A stretch of DNA of 52,663 nucleotides from Desulfurella sp. (GTDB lineage: Bacteria > Campylobacterota_A > Desulfurellia > Desulfurellales > Desulfurellaceae): positions 1 to 52,663 of the forward strand of contig JAVRLY010000001.1 in NCBI GenBank assembly GCA_031960885.1. The letters are read 5' to 3'. A model generated the notes under the pieces. It saw only the letters and a list, made by a program, of their open reading frames with translations, was not told the DNA's origin and ran no database searches. Below are positions 9,039-18,252 of the stretch, piece by piece (position 1 is the stretch's first letter; each line of letters starts with the position of its first letter). The translations under genes were made by a program, and so were the position numbers.

Positions 9039-11015
9039 ATGGAAGTCAAAAGTGTTTTTAGTTTATCTAATCCCTATAAACTAAATTACGTAAAAGAAAA
9101 ATTAGATACATTTGGAAAAGTTGAAGGTTTAAATTTCGATTACCAATTCTGCAAAACACCAGAGCAAATAATATCTTTTTTACAAGAAAAAATCATTGAC
9201 TGTGCTATTGTTGATGTTAAGAACTATTTTGATTTAGAATTGGATTTTTTAGATTGGTTTTTTGTAAATATTTATGAAGATTATGACTTTGATGTATTAG
9301 TAAGTAATAAAAATAATGAAAACTTTGACAAAATAGAAAAAATAGGTGTTTTGAGTATAAGCCAATGGCTTTATTGTAAAAAGCGTTTCCACACCGACAA
9401 CATCAATTTTATAAAAGCATTTAAAAATATAAATGAACTATTAACAGAATTTGATTTGGTGATGTTACCCGGTTATTTTACAAATCAAATAGTAAATCAT
9501 TTTTATATAGAAAAAATCAATATTATTGATTTGCAAAAACCTTCTTTTGAAGGCGCAAGTTGCGTAATTTTTAGAAAGAGGGATGAACGTTTTCTTTTTT
9601 TGCGCCAATTTTTTATAAAAAGTGTTTATTTCATAGGCGCAGGTATTGGAGATAAGAAATATGCTACATATGAGGCAATAAGAACGATTAAAAATTTAGA
9701 TGTTTGTCTTTTTGACAACCTAATGGATCATTCTTTGTTAGATTATTTGCCAGAAGATGCAATTTTAATAGATGTTGGCAAAAGATGCGAACATCATAAA
9801 TTAAATCAAGCAAAAATCACTGATTTAATAAGTATGTATGCAAGGATGGGCTACAGGGTTGGAAGATTAAAGGGAGGTGACCCATCGATTTTTGGCAGGC
9901 TTGCAGAAGAAATAAAGGTCTTGGAAGATTTAAGGATTAATTTTCATATTATTCCAGGAATTAGTACTATCAATGCTTTATCTATTAAAAGCGGGATAAT
10001 TCTAACAAGAAGGGAAATTAATAGAGGTTTTTGTGTTTTATCCGCAATTAAACACAAAGGTGCAACAGCCGAATTTAACAGAAAAGAGCTTGATAGTTTA
10101 CCGCTAATTTTTTTTATGGGAGTTAGAGTAATAGGCAAAATTAGCAGCTCTTTGATTAATGATGGCTATTTGCCTCATACAAAAGTAGCTGTGGTATTTT
10201 GCATTGGCACAGAACAGGAATTTGAAATTAGAGGAACTTTATCAGACATAGCAAGCAAAATTAACGATTTAAAAGGACAATTGCTTTTCGATAATCCCCC
10301 AGGTATTTTTATTGTGGGAGAGATTTCAAATTTTTTTTACCAAAGATCAGGTTTGCTTCAAGACAAAAAAATTTTAGTGCCGACGCCATTTGATGACAAA
10401 TTGTATTTTAGTTTTAAAGATATCGGGGTTAATTTGTTTTCTTATAATTTAAACATTAAATACAAAATTACTAAAGAAATTTTGGAAAAAATAATAAGTT
10501 TTCAAGCTATCGCTATTTCTCATGCAAAATTAGCAAAAGCTCTAATGGAAACTTTATTTGAGCAAAAAAAAGATATTCGCACGTTGCCTCAATTAATAAC
10601 CCAATCCGATAATGTCTTTAATTTTTTTAAGCACTACGGATTGTATTGCATTAAAGATATTGATTCAATAAGTGGTCTTGATATATGTTTTATTTATAAC
10701 AATAATTATTGTATGGATTTATTAAAATTATTGTCGCAGAAGAATAAAATATCTTCAATAAAAATTGAAGGCCGTACATACAAGACAGATGTATTAACAG
10801 CATTTGATATGATCTACTTTGAGTGTATTGAACAATATTATGAATTTGTTGATTTATATGGCGTAAATAGTTTAAAAGATAAAATAATTTTATCAATAGA
10901 TAAATCAATCTCAACATTAATCACGTCTAAAAAAAACCAAAGTTTTATTTCAATATTTGATAAAACGAATTTTAAATTTAATATTGCTCGTCTATTAAAT
11001 TTTCTTAAAAAATAA
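9039..11015 (+). CDS. cobA: Uroporphyrinogen-III C-methyltransferase (CobA/SirA) fused to a degenerate N-terminal HemC-like and a C-terminal HemD-like domain
   Basis: Central SUMT motifs VYFIGAGIGD, DVGKR, RLKGGDPSIFGRLAEE, IIPGIS, FFMG. The N-terminal ~190 aa follow HemC spacing (IDCAIVDVKN, DVLVS, IGVLS, FDLVML, PSFEGASCVIFR). The C-terminal part begins LLQDKKILV and contains DIRTL as in CobA-HemD fusions. Confidence 0.8.
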   Translation: MEVKSVFSLSNPYKLNYVKEKLDTFGKVEGLNFDYQFCKTPEQIISFLQEKIIDCAIVDVKNYFDLELDFLDWFFVNIYEDYDFDVLVSNKNNENFDKIEKIGVLSISQWLYCKKRFHTDNINFIKAFKNINELLTEFDLVMLPGYFTNQIVNHFYIEKINIIDLQKPSFEGASCVIFRKRDERFLFLRQFFIKSVYFIGAGIGDKKYATYEAIRTIKNLDVCLFDNLMDHSLLDYLPEDAILIDVGKRCEHHKLNQAKITDLISMYARMGYRVGRLKGGDPSIFGRLAEEIKVLEDLRINFHIIPGISTINALSIKSGIILTRREINRGFCVLSAIKHKGATAEFNRKELDSLPLIFFMGVRVIGKISSSLINDGYLPHTKVAVVFCIGTEQEFEIRGTLSDIASKINDLKGQLLFDNPPGIFIVGEISNFFYQRSGLLQDKKILVPTPFDDKLYFSFKDIGVNLFSYNLNIKYKITKEILEKIISFQAIAISHAKLAKALMETLFEQKKDIRTLPQLITQSDNVFNFFKHYGLYCIKDIDSISGLDICFIYNNNYCMDLLKLLSQKNKISSIKIEGRTYKTDVLTAFDMIYFECIEQYYEFVDLYGVNSLKDKIILSIDKSISTLITSKKNQSFISIFDKTNFKFNIARLLNFLKK

Positions 11016-11187
11016 GAAATAATTATATTAGATTAAAAAAATTCAATTTTGTTTTATTGTATAATTTTGTAACATAATTTAACATCAAAAATCAGTAATT
11101 ATAATAATAAATTATATTTAAATAAAAAAAACTTATTATATCATATTTATGATTTTACTATTGTGAAAGTTTAAAATAAGTATAGTA

Positions 11188-11245
11188 AAAAAATACAATT
11201 AATTGTATTTTTTATATTGACTTTTACTATATTAGAGCATATTTT
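11188..11245 (+). promoter_or_regulatory. dsrA promoter with a perfect 26-bp palindromic operator candidate just upstream of the -35
   Basis: AAAAAATACAATT/AATTGTATTTTTT (11188-11213), then TTGACT(11217)-N17-TATTTT. Confidence 0.55.
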
Positions 11246-11311
11246 TAGATATAAGATAATTACTGTTATTTGTTAAAGTGTTTAGTTACTTATACTAAAA
11301 GGAGGTTTTAG

Positions 11312-12529
11312 ATGGCAGGCACAAAACACAAAACGCCTCTTTTAGATGACCTAAAAGAAGGCAAATGGCCAAGCTTTGTAAAAGAGCTTGAAAGGGCTGC
11401 AAACAAAAGCCCAAGGACAGAGGATTTGATTGGTCTTCTGGAGAAATCTTATGAGGATAGGATACCTCATTGGAAACATGGTGGAATGGCAGGTGTGAAA
11501 GGCTATGGTGGTGGTGTAGTTGGTAGATTTTCTGATGAACCTAATGAATTCCCGGGTACTCAAGAATATCATACAGCCAGAATAAACCAGATAGAAGGTT
11601 TTTTTTACACATCAGACATACTAAGAAAATTGGCAGATATTTGTGATGAACATGCTGGCGGTTTATTTAATTTTCATGGTTCAACAGGCGATATTCAAAT
11701 TCTTGGTTTTAAGCAAGAAGAAGCAGAGGATTTATTTCAAAAGTGTGCAAAATTAGGCTTTGATTTAGGAGGCAGTGGTTCCGCGCTTCGAACACCTAGT
11801 TGCTGTGTTGGGCCGGCAAGATGTGAATGGGCAAATTACGATACGCTTCATATTACAGATAACTTAACTAGAGAATTTCAGAATGAAATACATAGACCTA
11901 CATTCAACTACAAATTTAAAATTAAATGTGCCGGTTGTCCCAATGATTGTATAGCATCTGGTGCTAGATCCGACTTATCCATTGTAGGCGTCTGGAAAGA
12001 CAGTATTAGAATTGACCAAAAAGAAGTGGCAGAATATGCGAAAAAATTTGATATAGAAAAGTATGTTGTAAATAAATGTCCTACGCATTGTATGTCTTAT
12101 GCAGACGGTAAACTAGCCATAGATGATTCAAATTGCGTTAAGTGTATGCATTGTATAAATTCTATGCCAAAAGCTTTGAGACCTGGTTTAGAAAAAGGTG
12201 CTCAGATTAGAATTGGCGCTAAGGTTCCAATGGTGCAAGGACCTAGGTTGGGGTTTATTCTTGTGCCATTCTATGATGTGAATAAAGATAAAGAAGAAGA
12301 TTATGCTTTCTTGAAGGATTTGATTCAAAAAATTTGGGATTTTTGGGATGAATACGGCACAAATAGGGAACGCGTTGGAGAACTTATTCAGAGGGTAGGT
12401 GTGGGTAACTTCCTTGAAGCAATTGGACTTGATCCGTTACCAGAAATGGTAGAGCATCCAAGAGCAAACCCATTTATTAAATTTGAAGAATATTTAGTGC
12501 CAGATGAAGAAGAGAGTAAGGAGGGTTAA
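11312..12529 (+). CDS. dsrA: Dissimilatory sulfite reductase alpha subunit
   Basis: TPLLDDLKEGKWPSFV, HWKHGG, siroheme/Fe-S ligands CCVGPARC and CAGCPNDC, ferredoxin CVKCMHCIN, RERVGE; AGGAGG RBS. Confidence 0.99.
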   Translation: MAGTKHKTPLLDDLKEGKWPSFVKELERAANKSPRTEDLIGLLEKSYEDRIPHWKHGGMAGVKGYGGGVVGRFSDEPNEFPGTQEYHTARINQIEGFFYTSDILRKLADICDEHAGGLFNFHGSTGDIQILGFKQEEAEDLFQKCAKLGFDLGGSGSALRTPSCCVGPARCEWANYDTLHITDNLTREFQNEIHRPTFNYKFKIKCAGCPNDCIASGARSDLSIVGVWKDSIRIDQKEVAEYAKKFDIEKYVVNKCPTHCMSYADGKLAIDDSNCVKCMHCINSMPKALRPGLEKGAQIRIGAKVPMVQGPRLGFILVPFYDVNKDKEEDYAFLKDLIQKIWDFWDEYGTNRERVGELIQRVGVGNFLEAIGLDPLPEMVEHPRANPFIKFEEYLVPDEEESKEG

Positions 12530-12532
12530 GCT

Positions 12533-13621
12533 ATGCCAGATGTAGATAAAGGAACAGTAAGAATAACTGATATTGGGCCACCTAACTATGAAAATTTTTT
12601 ACCACCGATAGTAAAAAGAAACTATGGTAAATGGCTTTATCATGAAATACTTAAACCCGGAGTAATGGTCCACGTATCAGAATCAGGCGAAAAGTTATAT
12701 ACCGTAAGAGTGGGATCTACTAGAATAGTAAGCAGTGATTTTGTAAGAGATATTTCGAATATTGCTGATAAATACTGTGGGGGTTACTTAAGGTTTACGA
12801 CAAGGAATAATTTAGAGTTTTTGCTTGACAAAGAAGAAAATATTGAACCATTAATTAAAGAAGTTCAAGCCCTTGGTTTTCCAGTGGGAGGAATTGATCA
12901 CTCTTTGGGAAATATTGTGCATACGCAAGGTTGGCTACATTGCCATACGTCAGCTAGCGATGCTTCAGGCGTAGTTAAAGCTTTAATGGATGAGTTTTAC
13001 GATTATTTTGTTGGGGATAAATTGCCAGCAAAAGTAAGGATGGCATTTGCTTGCTGTCTAAATATGTGTGGGTCTGTAGGTGCTTCAGATATTGCAATTG
13101 TTGGTATGCACAGAAGGCCACCGACAGTTATGGCTGATAGAGTAAAGGATCTGTGTGAAATTCCAAGTACAATAGCTGCATGCCCTGTTGATGCAGTAAG
13201 GCCAAAGACTATAAACGGTAAACCATCAGTTGAAATTGATGAAGATAGATGCGTTTATTGTGGTAATTGCTATACTGTATGTCCTGCGCTTCCAATAGCA
13301 GACCCGTTAAATGATGGATTGGCAATATTTGTTGGAGGAAAAGTGGCTAATTCTAGAACTAAGCCAACTTTCTCAAAGCTTGCAGTACCGTGGCTTCCCA
13401 ACAATCCACCTAGATGGCCAGAAGTTATAGAAGCTGTAAGAACAATTTTAGAAGCTTACAAAGATGGTGCTAAAAAAGGCGAGCGAGTTGGAGAATGGAT
13501 TGAAAGGATAGGTTGGCCAAAATTTTTTAAGATAACAGGATTTGAGTTTACCAAGTATCATATTGATGATTTTAGGCTTGGAGAAGCAACTATGAATTAT
13601 TCTAACTATGCGAGACTATAA
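12533..13621 (+). CDS. dsrB: Dissimilatory sulfite reductase beta subunit
   Basis: [51 protein letters not shown]. Confidence 0.99.
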   Translation: MPDVDKGTVRITDIGPPNYENFLPPIVKRNYGKWLYHEILKPGVMVHVSESGEKLYTVRVGSTRIVSSDFVRDISNIADKYCGGYLRFTTRNNLEFLLDKEENIEPLIKEVQALGFPVGGIDHSLGNIVHTQGWLHCHTSASDASGVVKALMDEFYDYFVGDKLPAKVRMAFACCLNMCGSVGASDIAIVGMHRRPPTVMADRVKDLCEIPSTIAACPVDAVRPKTINGKPSVEIDEDRCVYCGNCYTVCPALPIADPLNDGLAIFVGGKVANSRTKPTFSKLAVPWLPNNPPRWPEVIEAVRTILEAYKDGAKKGERVGEWIERIGWPKFFKITGFEFTKYHIDDFRLGEATMNYSNYARL

Positions 13622-13631
13622 GGAGTTTATC

Positions 13632-13871
13632 ATGACTGATGAGCAAAAACAAAAGATAAAAGAATTTACAGTTAATTTAGTAAAAGAATATCATGGCAAG
13701 AAAAGATTTAAACCTTTAGACTTAGAAAGAGAAATTGAGCAAAACTTTCAAAGCGAAAATATAACGCGAAAGGATGCTAAGGCCATTATTAAAGAACTTA
13801 CAGATAATGGTGATTTGATTTATGGATACGCAGGTGGGAGTTTTTTGGCCTTGCCGGAAGATCGAACATAA
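13632..13871 (+). CDS. dsrD: DsrD-like winged-helix protein (divergent)
   Basis: 79 aa directly after dsrB; AGGAG RBS before ATG 13632; KKRF..DL, AKAIIKELTDNGDLIY pattern of DsrD. Confidence 0.75.
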   Translation: MTDEQKQKIKEFTVNLVKEYHGKKRFKPLDLEREIEQNFQSENITRKDAKAIIKELTDNGDLIYGYAGGSFLALPEDRT

Positions 13872-13886
13872 AATGAAGGAGATTTT

Positions 13887-15572
13887 ATGGCACTTGTAAA
13901 GGTTAAAAAGAGTATTAAGAGTTTTAGCAAACCAACTGGGACTGAGTATTCTTCAGATAGGCCTATTTATGTAGAAAAGCGTCCACCATGTTCTGATACT
14001 TGTCCAAATGGCGAACAGGTGAGAGAATTTTTGCAATATATAGCTCAAGCTCAAGATTATGGTAGAACTTACGAAGAGGCACTTGAAGGCGCTTTTTACA
14101 TTATAGCTCAAACAAACCCAATGCCAGCGACAACAGGTAGAATTTGCCCACATCCTTGTGAGTCAAGATGCAACAGAAAAGATAAAGATAGTTCTGTCAA
14201 TATTAATGCTTGCGAAATGTTTATTGGTGATTTTGCTATACAAAATAAATTACCTCTAAAAAAACTCGATGAAATATATGAAGCAAAAGTAGCGATAATA
14301 GGATCAGGACCGTCTGGTTTATCTGCTGCATATCATCTAGCTAGAAGAGGTGTTAAGGTAACAATATTTGAAAAAGAAGAAAAACCAGGCGGTTTGCTGT
14401 ACTATGGCATACCACATTTTAGGTTGCCAAAAGAAATTGTCAGTGCAGAAATACAAAGAATTATCGATTTGGGTGTAGACATAAAATTAGGTAAAGCTAT
14501 TGGGAAAGACATTCAAATTGAAGATTTACAAAAAGAGTTTGACTGCATTTATATTGCAACAGGTGCTTATAAACCAGAAAAACCAAATCTAAAAAATATT
14601 GATTCTATAAAAGGCGTGTATAGCGGTTTAGAGTTTTTGTATCGTTTTGCAAATGGCGAACGCATAGATATTGGAGACAATGTTGTGGTTGTAGGTGCAG
14701 ACACAGCAGCAGACGCAGCTATGATTTGCAAAAGATTGGGTGCAAATGTTGTGTTCGCTTACAGAAGAACTGTGCCTGACAAAGAAACCTTTGACAAAAA
14801 AGCCTCAAGAGAAGCTATAGATGCGTATGAAGAAGGTATTACATTTCAGTTCGCAACGGTTCCCACTGAACTTGTAAGTGAAAATGGTAAACTGACAGGC
14901 GTTAGATTTCAAAAAATAAAAGTAGGTAAAAAAGATGAACGTGGCCATGCAGCACAAGTAGAAGAAATTGGCGAACCTTTTTTTGTAAAAGCTGATACGC
15001 TTATTTATTCAGTTGGCCAGAAACCTGATTTTAGCGGTTTTGAAAAATTGTTTGGCCAACAAACAGAAGGTTTTGTTAAAATCAAAGATAACTATCAGAT
15101 AGAAGGACAAGATAAAATTTTTGCTGGTGGTGATGTTGTAGGTCCAAGATTGATGTATGTGACGACGGCCATTGGCCACGGATTTGCTGCAGCGGTTAAC
15201 ATGTTAGAATATTTAAGCGGAAAAAAGATTATAGAACAAGACACCAGAAAAGTAATTGAATCTGATAAAATGCATTTGGATTTATACGAAACAAAGCCGC
15301 GACATGAAAGACAGTTTAGAGATCCAAACGAGCGTATTAAGGATTTTAAACCATTTATGAATGGTTTATCAATGGATGATTTCATAGAAGAAACAAAGCG
15401 ATGTATGAGTTGTGGTCTGTGCTTTGATTGTGGTAACTGTTTTACTTATTGTTCGCACTCTAGTGTTAAAAAGTTGCCCAAAGGTCAACATTATGAGTTT
15501 CATTTAGAAACTTGTGATGGATGTATGAAATGTTTTGAGAATTGCCCATGTGGTTATATAGAAAAAATGTAA
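13887..15572 (+). CDS. dsrL: DsrL iron-sulfur flavoprotein (DsrL-2, NADP(H) type)
   Basis: N-terminal PCSDTCP and GRICPHPCESRCNR, FAD motif GSGPSG, YRR motif, C-terminal RCMSCGLCFDCGNC and CDGCMKCFENCPCG. Confidence 0.93.
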   Translation: MALVKVKKSIKSFSKPTGTEYSSDRPIYVEKRPPCSDTCPNGEQVREFLQYIAQAQDYGRTYEEALEGAFYIIAQTNPMPATTGRICPHPCESRCNRKDKDSSVNINACEMFIGDFAIQNKLPLKKLDEIYEAKVAIIGSGPSGLSAAYHLARRGVKVTIFEKEEKPGGLLYYGIPHFRLPKEIVSAEIQRIIDLGVDIKLGKAIGKDIQIEDLQKEFDCIYIATGAYKPEKPNLKNIDSIKGVYSGLEFLYRFANGERIDIGDNVVVVGADTAADAAMICKRLGANVVFAYRRTVPDKETFDKKASREAIDAYEEGITFQFATVPTELVSENGKLTGVRFQKIKVGKKDERGHAAQVEEIGEPFFVKADTLIYSVGQKPDFSGFEKLFGQQTEGFVKIKDNYQIEGQDKIFAGGDVVGPRLMYVTTAIGHGFAAAVNMLEYLSGKKIIEQDTRKVIESDKMHLDLYETKPRHERQFRDPNERIKDFKPFMNGLSMDDFIEETKRCMSCGLCFDCGNCFTYCSHSSVKKLPKGQHYEFHLETCDGCMKCFENCPCGYIEKM

Positions 15573-15587
15573 AAAAAGGAGGATTAA

Positions 15588-15929
15588 ATGGCTTATTTAG
15601 ATTTTAATGGCAAAAAAATTGAAGTAGATGATGAGGGATATATTCAACATCAAGAAGAATGGAGCAAAGAATTAGCTGAATTTATGGCAAAGCAAGACGG
15701 TATAGAGTTAAAAGATGAACATTGGAAGCTTATTGATTATATCAGAGATTATTTTAAAGAATATCAAGTTGCCCCTTCAATTAGGGCTGTTGCAAAAAAA
15801 ACTGCCGAAGTTTGCAATTTACCTAACGTTAGAGAAGGCAATAAATATATCTATGTATTGTTCCCTGAAGGTCCAGCAAGACAACTTGTAAGATATGCAG
15901 GTTTATCAAAGCCAACGGGTTGTGTATAA
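15588..15929 (+). CDS. DsrC/TusE-family sulfur carrier with only the C-terminal Cys
   Basis: DDEGY, WSKELA, HWKLIDYIR, LFPEGPA..AGLSKPTGCV; Val101 sits where the CX10C cysteine is expected. Confidence 0.92.
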   Translation: MAYLDFNGKKIEVDDEGYIQHQEEWSKELAEFMAKQDGIELKDEHWKLIDYIRDYFKEYQVAPSIRAVAKKTAEVCNLPNVREGNKYIYVLFPEGPARQLVRYAGLSKPTGCV

Positions 15930-15938
15930 AAAGTTTGC

Positions 15939-15972
15939 AAAGAAGCGAAAAAAATTTTTTCGCTTCTTTTTT
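15939..15972 (+). terminator. Intrinsic terminator between the dsrC-like gene and dsrM
   Basis: AAAGAAGCGAAAAAA-A-TTTTTTCGCTTCTTT followed by further T residues. Confidence 0.8.
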
Positions 15973-15983
15973 GGGGGGTAACG

Positions 15984-16754
15984 ATGGAAAATTTGGATTT
16001 TGTTAGTTTTATATATGTTATTTTGACATATATTGCTTTTGCAATTTTAATAGTTGGTATTGTATGGAAAATTGTTGTATATGCTAAAACACCTATGCCT
16101 GTGAAAATTCCTTTAACACCAGCTCCTAAAACAAAAACAGGTGCTTTTTTTAGAGTGCTTGGTGAAGTGTTTTTCTTTAAAAGCCTTTATCGTTCAAATA
16201 AAAGCACTTGGATAGGTGGCTATGTTTTTCATGTAAGTTTAGCTATCGTTTTAATTCAACACGTTTTAAGGCATTATGTGTATGATTTTTATAACGGCAA
16301 TCCGCCTCAATGGTATAATCTGCTTGTACCAATAGGTTTTGTGTTTGGTGTTTTAATGCTTATAAGTCTAATTTATTTATTTTTAAGACGAATCTTTGTA
16401 GAAAGGGTAAAGTTTATTAGTGTATTGTCTGACTATTTTATACTTGTTTTACTTATGCTTATTACTATAGCTGGACTATCAGAAATAGCTTTTCAACCTG
16501 CAAACGCTCTTGAAAAAACCGTAGTTCAACTAGATGTTTTTTTTAATAGATTACTAGTATTTATGCCAGTTAATATACCGCATAACCCATTTTTCTTATT
16601 ACACTATTCATTAGTTTTAATACTGCTTGCTTACATACCATTTAGTAAGATTATGCATTTTGTAGGTATATTTTTTAGTCCAACTTTGTCTATGAGTGAT
16701 GATGTAAGAGAAAACAGGTATATAAATGAAAAAACAACAAGGTTAACAATTTAG
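15984..16754 (+). CDS. dsrM: DsrM, NarI-like diheme cytochrome b
   Basis: KIPLTPAP, FHVSLAIVLIQH, LHYSLV..LLAYIPFSKIMH heme b ligands. Confidence 0.95.
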   Translation: MENLDFVSFIYVILTYIAFAILIVGIVWKIVVYAKTPMPVKIPLTPAPKTKTGAFFRVLGEVFFFKSLYRSNKSTWIGGYVFHVSLAIVLIQHVLRHYVYDFYNGNPPQWYNLLVPIGFVFGVLMLISLIYLFLRRIFVERVKFISVLSDYFILVLLMLITIAGLSEIAFQPANALEKTVVQLDVFFNRLLVFMPVNIPHNPFFLLHYSLVLILLAYIPFSKIMHFVGIFFSPTLSMSDDVRENRYINEKTTRLTI

Positions 16755-16765
16755 GAGGGGCAAAG

Positions 16766-18241
16766 GTGTCAAAAGAACATTATCGTATTCACAAATTAAC
16801 GGGCAAGATAAAAGCCCCTAGTTTATTAAGAAAAGGTATTCAAGCAACAGAATTTACTTTTCCAGCGCTCGAAGAAGATATGGAGACTTTAGGGTTTCCA
16901 AGAAAGCTTCAAGAAGGTTGGCAAGATAAGGCTATTGGTGTTTTTAAAGAGCTTTTAGATAATAATAAGGCTTTAAAAACATATATGGATATTTGTGTTA
17001 GATGTGGAGCTTGCACTGATAAATGTCAATTTTTTTTAGGCAGTGGTGATATCAACAATACGCCTGTTGGTAGAGCAGAGTTGATGCGTAAAGTTTATAG
17101 GTATTATTTTACGCCATTTAGCTCAAAAGGCGCAAAAGAACCATTTAATGAGCATGTGTTAAAACAATGGCAATCATACTTTTATCAGTGTTCTGAATGC
17201 AGAAGGTGCGCATATTTTTGCCCATACGGCATAGATACTGCAGAAATTACAATGGCTGCAAGAGAAATAATGGATTCAATTGGTGTTGGCGAAAAGTATG
17301 CAACAAATACAATCACTCAGGTTTATAGAACAGGTAACAATATAGGTATAGATGCAAATGCTCTAAAAAACACAATTGCAGAGTTTGAGGAAGATTTAAA
17401 AGCTGAGACAGGTAAAGACATAAGAATTCCAATAGATGAAGAAGGTGCAGATGTTCTTCTTGTTCCACCATCGGCTGACTTTTTTGCAATACCCCATATT
17501 GAATCAATGTTTGGCTATGCAAAAGTATTCTACAAAGCAGGCATTAGCTACACGTTGTCTTCATACGCTTCAGAAGCCGCCAATTTTGGTATGTTTATTG
17601 GAAGTTATACAAATACAAAAGAAATAAATAGACGTATTTGGGACGAAGCAAGAAGGTTAAAAGTTAAAAGAGTGATTATAGGTGAGTGCGGACATGCATG
17701 GAGAGCAGCTTACAATTATTCAAATACGATGAATGGACCTTTTGATTTCTTAGATTCAAAATACCCGCAGCCTTCCCATATATGTGATTTTACGCTTGGA
17801 TTAATAAAAGATAATGTAATAAAAGTAGATAAAACAGCAAATGATGACAAAATTGTAACCTATCATGATCCATGTAACGTTGCAAGGGCATCACGTATGG
17901 GTACACAGCCAGGAGACCAGTTTAGTATACCCAGAGATCTAATCAAGGCAGTATGTAACAATTTTGTTGATATGCAAGAAAACGCAATAAAAGCAAAAAC
18001 TTTTTGTTGTGGAGCGGGTGCTGGTTTGCTTACAGATGAGATAATGCAAACACGTATAAATGGTGTTATGCCAAGAATGCAGGCTTTTAAGGAAGTCGTA
18101 GACGCTCATAATGTGAATTTTTTTGCTACAATATGTGCTATATGCAAAACACAATTTTATGCAATGTTTCCATTATATGGTTTTGAAAGGGACTGGGTAG
18201 GTGGTATACATCAGCTTGTGAGTGCTGCAATCGTATTGTAG
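16766..18241 (+). CDS. dsrK: DsrK, HdrD-like Fe-S protein
   Basis: CVRCGACTDKC, CSECRRCAYFCPYGID, GECGHAWR, YHDPCN, FCCGAG, CAIC; GTG start after AGGAGG. Confidence 0.96.
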   Translation: MSKEHYRIHKLTGKIKAPSLLRKGIQATEFTFPALEEDMETLGFPRKLQEGWQDKAIGVFKELLDNNKALKTYMDICVRCGACTDKCQFFLGSGDINNTPVGRAELMRKVYRYYFTPFSSKGAKEPFNEHVLKQWQSYFYQCSECRRCAYFCPYGIDTAEITMAAREIMDSIGVGEKYATNTITQVYRTGNNIGIDANALKNTIAEFEEDLKAETGKDIRIPIDEEGADVLLVPPSADFFAIPHIESMFGYAKVFYKAGISYTLSSYASEAANFGMFIGSYTNTKEINRRIWDEARRLKVKRVIIGECGHAWRAAYNYSNTMNGPFDFLDSKYPQPSHICDFTLGLIKDNVIKVDKTANDDKIVTYHDPCNVARASRMGTQPGDQFSIPRDLIKAVCNNFVDMQENAIKAKTFCCGAGAGLLTDEIMQTRINGVMPRMQAFKEVVDAHNVNFFATICAICKTQFYAMFPLYGFERDWVGGIHQLVSAAIVL

Positions 18242-18252
18242 TGGGAGTTATT

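Noticed and set aside
11161-11178. Possible Rex box (TTGTGAA) upstream of dsrA
   Set aside because: Only the left half-site matches; the right half (TAAAATA) is a poor match to TTCACAA.
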